A stretch of 64,000 bases of DNA, from positions 132,135 through 196,134 of the forward strand of contig JAKBJL010000003.1 of assembly GCA_021836035.1 (NCBI GenBank), written 5' to 3'. Below, one piece after another: positions 20,381 through 30,392 of this stretch. The DNA comes from a bacterium. Lineage in GTDB: Bacteria; Patescibacteriota; Microgenomatia; JAMCZE01. Below the pieces are notes generated by a model. The model was not told the origin of the DNA and did no database searches. It saw only the letters and a list, made by a program, of their open reading frames with translations. Made by a program: the position numbers and the translations under genes. Each line of letters opens with the position of its first letter. The first letter of the stretch is position 1.

Positions 20381-22213
20381 ATGACCAAGAAAGCAATTAC
20401 TGAGGAACTGCGGGAAATGATTTTCGCGGCGGTCAGAAAAGAATTCCCCGAGGCGGAAATAAAACCGGAGGATATTTTGCTGGAACATCCGGCATCCGAA
20501 GAGCACGGTGATTATGCGACAAATATTGCTTTAAAGCTTAAAGCAAATAGCAAATGGCTACTGGCTCAAAGTCCTTTGGAGGTTGCGGAACGGTTGGTTA
20601 ACAGAATAGCAGAACAGAAGGATAGCAGGATAAAAAAGATTGAAACCGCAGGACCGGGGTTTATTAATTTTAAACTTTCTCCGGAATGGCAATGGGAACA
20701 GGTGAAAGAAATAATACTGGCGGAAGAAAATTACGGAAAATCACCCGACAAACAGAAAAAAATTGTCATTGAGTTGGTCAGCCCGAATATTAATAAGCCG
20801 CTGCATGTTGGACATCTCAGAAACGCAGCGCTGGGAATGAGTTTAGCCGCGTTATATCAAGCAAGTGGTTGGAAAGTTGTCAGGGATGAAATTAACAACG
20901 ATCGGGGACTGCATATCATGAAAGCCGCATATGGTTATTTGCTTTACGGCCGGAAAAATCCGGCAAAACAAAACGGCTGGCGGGATCTGCTGGGAGCCTG
21001 GGTTGCTCAGCCGGGACTGTGGAAAACACCGGTCGATGAAGGCCTGAAACCGGATTATTTTGTCGGTAATTATTATGTCTTAGGCGAAAAGTTTCTTAAC
21101 GAGAATATAAAGTTTGCCGGAGAGCAGCTAGCGGAAATGCTCCAGGCTTGGGAAGCCGAGGACAAAGAAATACGGCGGTTGTGGAAAGTACTAGGAGATT
21201 GGGTACACGAGGGTATCGATCAAACCTATAAACGCCTGGGGGTTAGGCATGAAAAAAGATGGTATGAGAGTTTACTTTACCAGGAAGGCAAAAAGGTTAT
21301 TCTTGAGGGATTAGAAAATGGCGTCTTCGAAAAATTGCCCGACGGGGCAATCCGGGCAAATCTGGAAAAATACGGCCTGCCGAATAAGATCCTTATCCGC
21401 AGCGACGGAACAGCAATCTATATGACCTTTGATATTGCCCTTACCAAACATAAGGTAGAGGAATATATCGCCGATAAATATGTTTGGGTTGTGGGCAGCG
21501 ACCAAATAGACCACTTTAAAAGATTATTTGTGATTTTTGAAATGTTGGGTTTAGGAAAAAGGGAAAATTTTTTCCATCTGGCATACGGCATGGTCCGGGT
21601 TCCGGGAGGAAAAATGAGCAGCCGGCTGGGAAATGTTGTCCTGGCAGATGATCTATTGGATAAGGTAAAAGAGATGACTATAAAATTAATGGCCGAGAGG
21701 AAAATCGGGGGTGAACTTTCGGAAGAAGAAAAAGAGAAAGCAGCGGAAGCCGTTAGCATCGGAGCGGTTAAATATACCATATTAAAGGTTGATCCGCTGC
21801 TAAATCTGGTTTTTGATTTGGAAAAGAGCATCTCGTTGGAGGGGGACTCGGGACCATATCTACAATATGCGTATACCAGGGCTAAGAGTGTATTGAGAAA
21901 ATCCCAAATACCAAATACCAATTCCCAAATCCCAAGGGGAGATATTTCTAACGAAGAACAATCTATCCTGCGTTATCTATACCGTTATCCGGAGGTTGTG
22001 GAAGTAGCAGCAAAAAACTATAATCCCAGCATAATCTGCAATTATCTCTTTAGTCTTGCCCAGCGGTTTAATAGTTTTTATAATAATCAGCCGATATTGA
22101 ACCCGGGAAATGAGAGTTTGTCAGACCGGAGGTTGCAGCTGACGGAAGCTACAGCGATAATTTTAAAATCGGGACTGAATATGCTAGGAATTGAAGCTAT
22201 GGAGAAAATGTAA
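20381..22213 (+). CDS. argS: Arginine--tRNA ligase
   Basis: HGDYATN, AGPGFINF, SPNINKPLHVGHLRN, KMSSRLGN, SGPYLQYAY. Confidence 0.97.
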   Translation: MTKKAITEELREMIFAAVRKEFPEAEIKPEDILLEHPASEEHGDYATNIALKLKANSKWLLAQSPLEVAERLVNRIAEQKDSRIKKIETAGPGFINFKLSPEWQWEQVKEIILAEENYGKSPDKQKKIVIELVSPNINKPLHVGHLRNAALGMSLAALYQASGWKVVRDEINNDRGLHIMKAAYGYLLYGRKNPAKQNGWRDLLGAWVAQPGLWKTPVDEGLKPDYFVGNYYVLGEKFLNENIKFAGEQLAEMLQAWEAEDKEIRRLWKVLGDWVHEGIDQTYKRLGVRHEKRWYESLLYQEGKKVILEGLENGVFEKLPDGAIRANLEKYGLPNKILIRSDGTAIYMTFDIALTKHKVEEYIADKYVWVVGSDQIDHFKRLFVIFEMLGLGKRENFFHLAYGMVRVPGGKMSSRLGNVVLADDLLDKVKEMTIKLMAERKIGGELSEEEKEKAAEAVSIGAVKYTILKVDPLLNLVFDLEKSISLEGDSGPYLQYAYTRAKSVLRKSQIPNTNSQIPRGDISNEEQSILRYLYRYPEVVEVAAKNYNPSIICNYLFSLAQRFNSFYNNQPILNPGNESLSDRRLQLTEATAIILKSGLNMLGIEAMEKM

Positions 22214-22216
22214 AAT

Positions 22217-22411
22217 ATGACGGAAGGACCGCTCACTAAGCGCATCAAGGAGCGAAAAATCCGGCAGGAGGAGCAGCGGGCTGCCGAAGAAGGGAAAATA
22301 ACGGAGTTACAGAGGCTTGCCAATCAGAAGATGGCGGAGGAAATAAGCCGCAAGATGAAAGAGGCCGAATCTAAGACCGGGAAAACAACGGGTCCGGAAA
22401 GCGGTAGTTAA
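22217..22411 (+). CDS. Small charged hypothetical protein
   Basis: ATG 3 nt after the argS stop; coiled-coil-like composition. Confidence 0.5.
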   Translation: MTEGPLTKRIKERKIRQEEQRAAEEGKITELQRLANQKMAEEISRKMKEAESKTGKTTGPESGS

Positions 22412-22445
22412 AAAAAATAAATTTTGTTAAAATAATTCTCGTCTT

Positions 22446-23027
22446 ATGGAAAGAACAGTAGTTTTGCTGAAACCAGACGGTGTTAAAAGGGGACTGGTCG
22501 GGGAAATTATCTCCCGCTTTGAGAAAGTGGGGTTGAAAATTGTAGCCATGAAAATGGTTTGGGTTGATGAAGAAATGGTAAGGAAACACTATCCTATTAC
22601 CCGAGAAGAATGGGTGAAAAAAATCGGAGAGAAAACCCTGGAAAGCTATAAACAATATGGCCAGGATCCCGGTGAAAAAATCGGCACTACCGATCCCAAA
22701 GAAATCGGCTTAAAGGTATGTAATTGGCTGGTGGATTATTTAACATCAGGTCCTGTTATAGCGGTAGTTTTAGAAGGGCCGCATGCCATTGCCGTTGTGC
22801 GAAAAATGACTGGTCACACTTATCCTGAAGTTGCGCTACCCGGAACAATACGCGGTGATTATTCGGTTGATTCCACGGAGATTGCTAATGAAAAGAAACG
22901 CTCTACCCGGAATTTAGTGCACGCTTCCGGTAACGCAGAGGAAGCAAAATTTGAGGAGGAGCTCTGGTTTCATAAAAAGGAAATCCACGATTACCACAGG
23001 GTTGACGAGGATATTATCTACGGATAA
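22446..23027 (+). CDS. ndk: Nucleoside diphosphate kinase
   Basis: ERTVVLLKPDGV.RGL.GEII.RFE, PGTIRGDY, NLVHAS. Confidence 0.95.
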   Translation: MERTVVLLKPDGVKRGLVGEIISRFEKVGLKIVAMKMVWVDEEMVRKHYPITREEWVKKIGEKTLESYKQYGQDPGEKIGTTDPKEIGLKVCNWLVDYLTSGPVIAVVLEGPHAIAVVRKMTGHTYPEVALPGTIRGDYSVDSTEIANEKKRSTRNLVHASGNAEEAKFEEELWFHKKEIHDYHRVDEDIIYG

Positions 23028-23060
23028 CTCTTCTATTTTTTCAACGGATCGGAAAATTAA

Positions 23061-23381
23061 TCAAGTATGAGGGAGAAAAGAAGGAAGTAGGGAAGGTTCG
23101 TGGAGCAAATCTTCCGGAGGACTGCGCGAAAAGATATGCCCGTTATCTATGGGGATATGTCTTTTGGCAGCCACAGCCAGATGGGTGTGGAGCGACCTTC
23201 CCGCTTTCCGGCAAGGGGATCCAAAACATAATTGATTCTTGGGAATTTGGGTGAATTGGCTAGGCGGGCCGCTAGCGGAAGTATTTTCCCGGCCCCGGAC
23301 GGTTATAGATAACTGAGAACCGGCGGCTGTCGATGGTAAAGAAGAGCTTCGCAGATAAAACTTTAGGTCATTATTCGGCAT
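23061..23381 (-). CDS. Hypothetical protein
   Basis: ATG-started ORF filling the gap; no recognised motif. Confidence 0.35.
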   Translation of the reverse strand: MPNNDLKFYLRSSSLPSTAAGSQLSITVRGRENTSASGPPSQFTQIPKNQLCFGSPCRKAGRSLHTHLAVAAKRHIPIDNGHIFSRSPPEDLLHEPSLLPSFLPHT

Positions 23382-23585
23382 GACTACACAATAGAGGGAA
23401 AATATTTATTTGCCACTAGAATCGGGTAAGGATACAGCAAGAAATAAACCAAGTCAGACTTGGCTCAGTCGAAGGATCTTGTCCCGAGCAGTTAGACTTC
23501 GCTCACCGTAAGCATTGTTGAAGGGTTGACAAAATTAATACCCAATTCCTATCTTCCTAAAATCTTCGGAATCTACTATAGCTGC

Positions 23586-23912
23586 ATGGCTCAGACGAAA
23601 GTAACTACCAACCACGGAGAAATTATCCGCTGGGTTCAGAAACATAAGGGCAAACCGCAAATAGCCGTCGATCCCCAAGCCGGGTCGGATTTGCCGATAA
23701 TTAGGATTGATTTTCCCGGAGCGGGAGTTGATAACTTTTTGGGTTCTGACGAGATTACCAGAAATCTTTCCTGGGAAGAGTTTTTCCGTTTTTTTGATGA
23801 AGAACGCCTGGCTTTTATATATGAAGACCGCGACAAACTGGCAGATCCCAGTTTGGCTTATCGTTTTATCAAACGCGGTTTGGTAGATGCTGAAAGTGGA
23901 AGCCAGCTCTAG
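23586..23912 (+). CDS. Conserved hypothetical protein (TTNH..I..W....G.P family)
   Basis: TTNHGEIIRWVQKHKGKP...RIDFPG...SWEEFF..F.E..LAF.Y. Confidence 0.65.
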   Translation: MAQTKVTTNHGEIIRWVQKHKGKPQIAVDPQAGSDLPIIRIDFPGAGVDNFLGSDEITRNLSWEEFFRFFDEERLAFIYEDRDKLADPSLAYRFIKRGLVDAESGSQL

Positions 23913-23978
23913 TGGTTCATACAAGTTACATAAAAATTTCCCACACAAATTTAAACCAAAAAGTATAAATTGACCGAT

Positions 23979-24311
23979 ATGAATATTGTCGTCTTTTTCC
24001 AGGAGTTGATCACAAACCCGACCAATCTCGTGAGTTGGATTCTCTTCGGACTGATTGTCGGGACACTTGTGCACCTTATTGATCCCGGGGATGTCCGCGG
24101 GGGCATAATCGGAACGGTTATTTTAGGGGTGTTCGGAGCTTTACTTGGGGGTCTTGCTACCGCCTGGCTTTTGGGAATAGCTTTGGTGGGCTTTAGTCTC
24201 CAGGGATTAATTGTCGCCGTTATCGGCGCCTTAATTTTAGCTTTAATTTCCCGCCTGGTATTTCGCAGGACGGGGGTCTTTACCACCACGACCAGAACCG
24301 AGCAAAGATGA
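23979..24311 (+). CDS. GlsB/YeaQ/YmgE family stress-response membrane protein
   Basis: WILFGLIVG..VHLIDPG...GGIIGTVILGVFGALLGG...AVIGALIL. Confidence 0.85.
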   Translation: MNIVVFFQELITNPTNLVSWILFGLIVGTLVHLIDPGDVRGGIIGTVILGVFGALLGGLATAWLLGIALVGFSLQGLIVAVIGALILALISRLVFRRTGVFTTTTRTEQR

Positions 24312-24330
24312 TCTATAACAAATGCTTCTT

Positions 24331-24735
24331 TTAATGCGCGCGCATGGTGGACGGCGGAGTAAAAAGCGGGTAGTGATCAAGGGTGCGAAGAAAAATACGG
24401 GGGAAATGGTGTTTAAAAGGATAGGAATGCGGGCAATGCTCTATCGTGAAGCTTTCCTGATGGGGTCTAATTAAATCTGCCGTCAGGGTCAAGTCAAAAA
24501 CTTCAGCATTTAAATGGCGGTAAGCAAATTTTTTCCACTCCCGCGGGCCGATTTTAACCGCATCGCCCTGATCGGTAGACTGGCAGCAGAGATTGATGTG
24601 ACAGCGGTTGGGACTTTGACCGCGCTCCTGTAGATTGTGGTGGAGATGAACCAAAATTTCAGAGATGTTACGGCAAGAAGCGCATTCCGGAAAGTTTTGC
24701 GGGCGGGAGATTTGCTGCTTTTCTTTTGTTGCCAT
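24331..24735 (-). CDS. Hypothetical protein with CxxC
   Basis: ATG ORF containing PECASC; divergent from the next gene. Confidence 0.4.
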   Translation of the reverse strand: MATKEKQQISRPQNFPECASCRNISEILVHLHHNLQERGQSPNRCHINLCCQSTDQGDAVKIGPREWKKFAYRHLNAEVFDLTLTADLIRPHQESFTIEHCPHSYPFKHHFPRIFLRTLDHYPLFTPPSTMRAH

Positions 24736-24830
24736 TTAAGAGGGCAGCGGCCTTATCTTAGCATAATTACCGTGGGCGTCAAGAGAATTGGGGTTTGTTT
24801 TTATTATTCAGGCGGGATAAAATGCCCTCA

Positions 24831-25610
24831 ATGAAAATTGGCGATTGTGAAACACCGTCCGGGGCGGGAGCGCTGGAAATGACTGCCTTAGAAAAAAGGC
24901 AGATCCTTTATCCCGAGAGTCGGGCAATGTTACGAACGAAAATTACCCAAGTCCAGGGAAAAGTGGAACAACGTTGGGGAGAGCATATACCCGGCGATAC
25001 CAAGAGGAAAAACCTTACATTAGCGGAGCGGGTTTATGTCCTGGGTGCTAAAGATTACGATGCAGAATTGGGAGGGTTTGACCACAAGGTTGATTCGGCA
25101 AATCCTTTAGCGATGTTTACGGAATGCGGGGCATTTTATTATGCGCGTATAGTAGGTCAGGATTTAGGTTGGGGAGAGGTCGTGGCGGGAAACGGACGGG
25201 AGGAAAAGTTAGCGGCATTTTTCGCCGCACAATTAGCGGTTTTTGGCAGCCGGGTGCATGATTTTTACTTTAACGGGAAAGACAGAATTACGGAGTCTGC
25301 TGATATTTTAAAACAGCAAAATACCGCGGAAATCCGGGAATCGTTTTACCCGCCAGTAGGCACCGGCCAGCAATACCAAATTCCCATTACTTCCGGGTAC
25401 CAATCCCTAGGCTGCAGCTTAACGCAATTGGGAATAATTATTTTACGTTATTCTAGCGATCTGGAATCTTTTGCTAGCATCGAGAGACTGGAGGAATGGC
25501 GGAATTTATTTGGTAGAAATGAGCAAAAAATGCGCCGCGTCGTGGCCGGAACTATTTTAGATTGCACCCTTGCCCACGAGATAGTCCATCTCTACGGACC
25601 GCAGATTTAA
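24831..25610 (+). CDS. Hypothetical protein with a terminal HExxH motif
   Basis: TLAHEIVHLYG at the C-terminus, possibly truncated; TAAAAT box 7 nt before ATG 24831. Confidence 0.5.
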   Translation: MKIGDCETPSGAGALEMTALEKRQILYPESRAMLRTKITQVQGKVEQRWGEHIPGDTKRKNLTLAERVYVLGAKDYDAELGGFDHKVDSANPLAMFTECGAFYYARIVGQDLGWGEVVAGNGREEKLAAFFAAQLAVFGSRVHDFYFNGKDRITESADILKQQNTAEIRESFYPPVGTGQQYQIPITSGYQSLGCSLTQLGIIILRYSSDLESFASIERLEEWRNLFGRNEQKMRRVVAGTILDCTLAHEIVHLYGPQI

Positions 25611-25619
25611 TCCCGTTGT

Positions 25620-25850
25620 TTTGATACCCATGTTGGGAAACGGCTGTTAAATTGATTTTTTGATAAGCCGGGTTTATAGGTGTCGGTACGCAGATAAATA
25701 TAATCGCTGCAGAGCCTGCTATTTATTTCAATGGCTCGAAGTCATAAGCGGGATTGTGAATAAGAATCGGGCAGCGGGGTTTAAATACGTATTCGACCGC
25801 CTTGCCGACAAACTCGTAACCGACAATTCCGACTTTAGGAATTGGGCAAA
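25620..25850 (-). pseudogene. N-terminal fragment of a UDP-glucose/GDP-mannose dehydrogenase-family gene
   Basis: KVGIVGYEFVGKAV (degenerate Rossmann motif), an in-frame stop, then IIFICVPTP. Confidence 0.6.
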
Positions 25851-25959
25851 GAGGCAAATATAATGAAAGAGAAAGAAAGTAATGCAAGTCCAATTGGTAA
25901 ATAAACCCATGAGACAATAAAACCGTTTATCCAGGCGGTAGTGGTATAATTTATGTGGT

Positions 25960-26313
25960 ATGGACGATTCAGTCGTCGAAAAAGATCCACAAAAACCTAG
26001 CGGCTTTAATGTTCCGCCGGACTCGACGCTAACTTTCCAGGAGGCTATAAAAAGAGGGGAATATGATCCAAAATTTCTGGAAGGGTTCGCCATTTGGCAC
26101 ACTTTGAGCCGCGATGTTCAATTTGAATATATTCGCGAAGCCTTAAAAAATCGTGAGAAGCAATATGTTGTCCAGTTTGCAGAAATCAATAATGTTCTGG
26201 ATTTTAGTAAGAAACCGCAGTTACAACAAGTCCTTAACAATATTCAACAAAAAATTCAAAAACTTCGGGAAGAAAAGGAAAGATTGTATATTGAATACAC
26301 TAAACCGGAATAA
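25960..26313 (+). CDS. Hypothetical protein
   Basis: Clean ORF preceded by TGGTATAAT; coiled-coil C-terminus. Confidence 0.65.
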   Translation: MDDSVVEKDPQKPSGFNVPPDSTLTFQEAIKRGEYDPKFLEGFAIWHTLSRDVQFEYIREALKNREKQYVVQFAEINNVLDFSKKPQLQQVLNNIQQKIQKLREEKERLYIEYTKPE

Positions 26314-26340
26314 ATATAATGATGAAATTATCGCCCCGAT

Positions 26341-27301
26341 TTAAATTCCCCGTTTTTCTCTTGTAATGACATCCAGCAAATGGTTAGGTTCGTATAATGA
26401 TCTTGCGTTGTAAAGGCATTTATTTACCAATGGTTTAGACATGTGACATTCAAGTTGAGAAATTACCCTGGTAATACCTTCCAGCTGCTTAACGTATGCT
26501 CCTGGCGACCCAAACGCTTCCTGGTATTTACCATAGAGATCACCTGATAGAGTATGTTTGATGTTGTCAAGCTTATCGTAGATTGTGTTTGTGCTGGTTT
26601 CTTCGCGGGTAATTTTCCCTGATCCGTCCCTCTGGACTGTTTTGGTGGTATAAATATTTGGTACGTAAGTGTCACGGTAATAGGCAGCAAATTCTTCGAG
26701 AACCGCTTCTTTTGGACCACGGTTGTCTCGATTGGGGTCAAGAGTATGGCCGACTTCATGGAGCATGTCCGCATCCAGATTACCCGTAAATATCAAAGTC
26801 AAATCTTTTGTCAGGGGATCTTTATCCAACACGTCACCACTTATCGTAACCCCATTTGATCCGCTGTGGCCGGCCAGTTTCTTATAGAGTTTTTTGGTAA
26901 TCAGCTAAGTCCATACTAAAATAAGGTCGGGCGAAAGAATAGCCATATTGATCGGCCAAAGCCTTTACATCCGGTGAGTTAGACACAACCTTTAATCCAT
27001 CCAGGCCATCTTGGGCTATCTCTTCACCTGGCTGTTCACGTAGATTATTGAATAATTTTACCGGCCATGGTTTAAGAGGGTCTTCTTTTTGCATATTTTC
27101 CAGCTCTTGTTGAAAACGATGATAATGCTCCTCTTTTTCCTGATTAATAACCAAGGGTCCCCTAAAGCGGTCGACGACGGGATCAGAGATCTTTAGTTCG
27201 CTATTTGTTGGCTTTAGGGCATGGGAGAGATCTAGTGATCCGTCAGGGCTTACTTTTGCCCCGATAATTAATCCCAAATCAGCATTCCCGTCTGCTGGCA
27301 T
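26341..27301 (-). pseudogene. Frameshifted hypothetical protein with HExxH (zincin-like) motif
   Basis: Two consecutive ORFs (27301-26882 and 26832-26341) in different frames; LHEVGH...EEFAAY. Confidence 0.5.
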
Positions 27302-27420
27302 ATGTTAACCAAAACACCTTTTATCCTGGGCCGGAGCCATCTGAGCCTACAGACGTCGTCTGGCGAAGCTGAATAAAAACCTATCTCAAGGCTCTATCCC
27401 AAATTTGTGCCTGATTTCTT

Positions 27421-27460
27421 GAAGCTCTGGATGGAAGGTACCGAACCTTTTACGCACAAA
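27421..27460 (+). repeat. att-like scar, family A (degenerate)
   Basis: gaagctctggatggaaggtaccgaaccttttacgcacaaa; matches the 29134 copy with substitutions and a 1-nt deletion. Confidence 0.75.
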
Positions 27461-28147
27461 TTATTCCAGGCAACTATTTTTTGTTGGTCCCCGGCGAAAA
27501 CGATCCAGGAAAATTGTCTGTGAAATATCAATTGAATCTCGATAAAGACCCATTTTAAAATAAACTAAATTTTGTGTGTAATCAAAACCAAGTGGACCAT
27601 GATAACTGGCTAATATTTCGTTGTTGATCCAGACATCAACAAACCCGTCTAATGATTCGTTGAGTTGGTAATTAACCAAGACATCATGCCAAATACCGCG
27701 TGGATCTTTTGTCCAAAAGTATTTTTTCATTAATTGCTTCCTGCCCATTATGCAAAATTGCAACTGTCCGTTAATATAGCGAAATGAAAGAAAAGGTGAT
27801 TGTTTTTCTTCCTGGTAAAATTGTTTCCATTGTGCGAAAAGTAAACGATTATCAACGATAGGGAAATTGGTGGGGAAGTAAAACGAAAAAGCATACCAAA
27901 TGCCAGAATTTAAAGGTACTAAAATATCTTGTTTTTCCGAAAATTCTGCCCTTTCGGTGGGTTTATTATCTCGACCAATATCTGGTTTATCTCCGGTGCG
28001 AAGAGTTATTTTTAAGCTAGACTTTCCGTTCCGGGCTTGTTCTTCTGAAATTTCCCAAGAATGTTGTTCAACCCTTTTGAGCCACCAAATATTCCCATCT
28101 ATCTTACCTTCAAAATCGTCTTTTAATATTAAATCTTGGGCCGCCAC
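27461..28147 (-). CDS. Polysaccharide lyase-like (jelly-roll, heparin lyase I-like) protein
   Basis: AR.GK.SLKITL..GD, ERAEF, WY.FS.YFP, FAQW, G.W.D..V, YFKMGLYR. Confidence 0.7.
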   Translation of the reverse strand: MAAQDLILKDDFEGKIDGNIWWLKRVEQHSWEISEEQARNGKSSLKITLRTGDKPDIGRDNKPTERAEFSEKQDILVPLNSGIWYAFSFYFPTNFPIVDNRLLFAQWKQFYQEEKQSPFLSFRYINGQLQFCIMGRKQLMKKYFWTKDPRGIWHDVLVNYQLNESLDGFVDVWINNEILASYHGPLGFDYTQNLVYFKMGLYRDSIDISQTIFLDRFRRGPTKNSCLE

Positions 28148-28223
28148 AAATTTATTGTAACAGAAGGTTCTTCCATTCAGCCATGAGATACTTTGGTATA
28201 GAAGCTAGGTAAGAATTTCTTCA

Positions 28224-28290
28224 GAAGAGTTTAGTGAACTATGTTTGCAACTACTACCGGGAAAATTATTCCAAGTACTAATGGTTACTA
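28224..28290 (+). repeat. att-like scar, family B (degenerate)
   Basis: 28231-28290 aligns ungapped to 42997-43056 at 49/60 identity (hand count); encodes LVNYVCNYYRENYSKY*WLL. Confidence 0.8.
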
Positions 28291-28362
28291 TTGCGGGAGA
28301 ATAGTTAAAAAGCTGTCAAAATCATAAACTATGTTAGCTATGTTAGAATTGATTAAGATTCA

Positions 28363-28987
28363 ATGGCCAAGCTAGTTTCAACTAATCCCTCCAAAAATTT
28401 CGAAAAAATTGGTGAAGTCGATATTTCTTCTGAAAATGAGATTGCCGGAAAGGTTAAGAAGGCAAGGGAAGTCCAGAAGAGCTGGGGAAGTTTATCCGTA
28501 AAAGAACGGGTAATATACCTGCAAAAGGTATATGACCTTTTTGAAAAGCACCGGGAGGAACTTGGAAAGCTTGTTGGTGACGAAATTGGGATGCCATTGT
28601 CTGTGAGGGATTCTATGGAAATCGGAGCCGGTCAAGATTACTTCAAATGGTATTTGGAGAATGCGGAAAAATCTCTGTCACCGGAAATAACTCATGAAGA
28701 CGAAACCTCGCAAAGTAAGGTTTACTATGAACCTACTGGTGTCGCTGCTGTAATATCCCCCTGGAATTTTCCTTGGATTGGGAGGCTATCTTTTTACAGA
28801 GGATAAAATGTCAGCCAGGAGAGAAGCCTCAAAGATAAAGACGGGGATGATCGGGATTAATAACACAACTTACCTTCATCCGGCTAATCCATGGGGAGGA
28901 TATAAGAAATCAGGGCTGGGAAGGGGGAATGGAAAGTTTGGTCTTCGAGGGGTATCACAAATAAAGGTTGTTACTCTTGAAAAATAA
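28363..28987 (+). pseudogene. Aldehyde dehydrogenase with a large internal deletion
   Basis: STNPS...EPTGVAAVISPWNFP joined directly to GGYLFT...PWGGYKKSGLGR. Confidence 0.85.
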
Positions 28988-29093
28988 TAAGCAAGGTGGG
29001 AGGAAAACACCTTCGGTTAGCTCCGCCAAGGCGAAGTCGAACAAACGCGAGTTGATAAATCAGCTCGCTTCGTTCGTCCTGTGAACTCGCTTG

Positions 29094-29133
29094 AAACAAA
29101 ATATCCCGAGACAAATGCCCGGGAATTTTGTTT
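29094..29133 (-). terminator. Terminator-like hairpin abutting the att core
   Basis: Minus strand aaacaaaattcccggg-catttgt-ctcgggatattttgttt, with a G-U pair on this strand and a U-rich 3' side. Confidence 0.5.
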
Positions 29134-29174
29134 GCAGCCCTGGATGGAAGACATTCGAACCTTTTACGCACAAA
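29134..29174 (+). repeat. att-like scar, family A
   Basis: gcagccctggatggaagacattcgaaccttttacgcacaaa = QPWMEDIRTFYAQ. Confidence 0.85.
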
Positions 29175-29183
29175 ATGCTCTTT

Positions 29184-30356
29184 TTATTTGGAAAGGCTGG
29201 GTTGGTTAAGAAGGTAATACATTACACTGTAAACTTGGGTTATTCCTTCTGACCGCCAAGTGTTTAGTTTGCTTTTTGTCGTAGTATTTGTTCTTCGTTC
29301 TGCCAGAAAAACTAGTGTTTTTCCTATAAAAGTCTCAGCTTTTACCGGAACTCTCAAACCATAATAATTCTCAGTTTTTCCTTGGCCGCTAAGAAAATCA
29401 CCCACTCTTGCGTTGTTCATAGCAAAAATATTTCCAATTCTAGAATAGACTCGAGGGCCAAGACCCATAAAATCTACACCGTTGTTCATAAGTTTTCTTT
29501 GTGGTGCGTCCTTTTCTCTGCTAAAACCATAGGTACCTGTTTGGTTATATCCACATGTAACTAAATAATTTCTGGCCATGTCGTACATTTGATGCCGTTC
29601 ATGTAATCCCGGCCGACGCATCACTCCTTGGTTTATGAGATTCCTGCTTCTGGCGCCATAAGCATTGACATATTGAAACAAGGTAATTTCAGGCGGGTTT
29701 ACTTCTTCGACAACTCTAATTAAAGTATTTTCTAAACTTTGTTGTGTTTGATTCGGGGTACCAAACATGAGATCAATGTTGTAGGGTACACCGATTTGAT
29801 TTAAATTTTGAAGAATCTGAACTTCCTGTTGTGCCGAGGTAATATTCCGATCAAGACCCTGCCTTTCTTGATCTGATAAATTTTGAACTCCCAGGCTTAA
29901 TCTGCTTACCCCTAAGGCTAAAAGTCCCAATACATGATTTTCGGTAGCGTTTTTGGGGTGTAGTTCGAAAGTTATTCGGGCACCGTTGGTTTCCACATTT
30001 TGGCGAACATTAGCTAGAAGTTGATCGGCTTGACCTAGGGTTAAAAGTCCGGATGTCCCGCCTCCAAAGTAAACCGAAGTTATTTTTCCCCGGCCGACTT
30101 GTGGTAGGACAGTATCAAGGTGTTTTGAAAACGGTCCGATGTACCCTTCAATTTTTTCGGGACTGGCGGTTGTTCGGTGGAAGGCACAAAAAGAACAAAC
30201 TTGTTCACAAAACGGAATGTGGACATATAAAGCCAATCCTTTGCCAGCAGAGCGTCCAACCTCTCTTTGTTGGTTCATTTCTGCCAATCTAATTGGTTTT
30301 AGCCTGCCTTTAATAGTTTCACCTGCTAGCATGTGTAGCGCGTATTCACAATCCAT
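29184..30356 (-). CDS. HemN-like radical SAM protein
   Basis: LYVHIPFCEQVCSFCAF (CxxxCxxC), VYFGGGT, RLSLGVQ, NIDLMFG.P.QT. Confidence 0.88.
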   Translation of the reverse strand: MDCEYALHMLAGETIKGRLKPIRLAEMNQQREVGRSAGKGLALYVHIPFCEQVCSFCAFHRTTASPEKIEGYIGPFSKHLDTVLPQVGRGKITSVYFGGGTSGLLTLGQADQLLANVRQNVETNGARITFELHPKNATENHVLGLLALGVSRLSLGVQNLSDQERQGLDRNITSAQQEVQILQNLNQIGVPYNIDLMFGTPNQTQQSLENTLIRVVEEVNPPEITLFQYVNAYGARSRNLINQGVMRRPGLHERHQMYDMARNYLVTCGYNQTGTYGFSREKDAPQRKLMNNGVDFMGLGPRVYSRIGNIFAMNNARVGDFLSGQGKTENYYGLRVPVKAETFIGKTLVFLAERRTNTTTKSKLNTWRSEGITQVYSVMYYLLNQPSLSK

Positions 30357-30392
30357 AAGTGCTTTATATACAAATAATGCTAAAATTGATAT

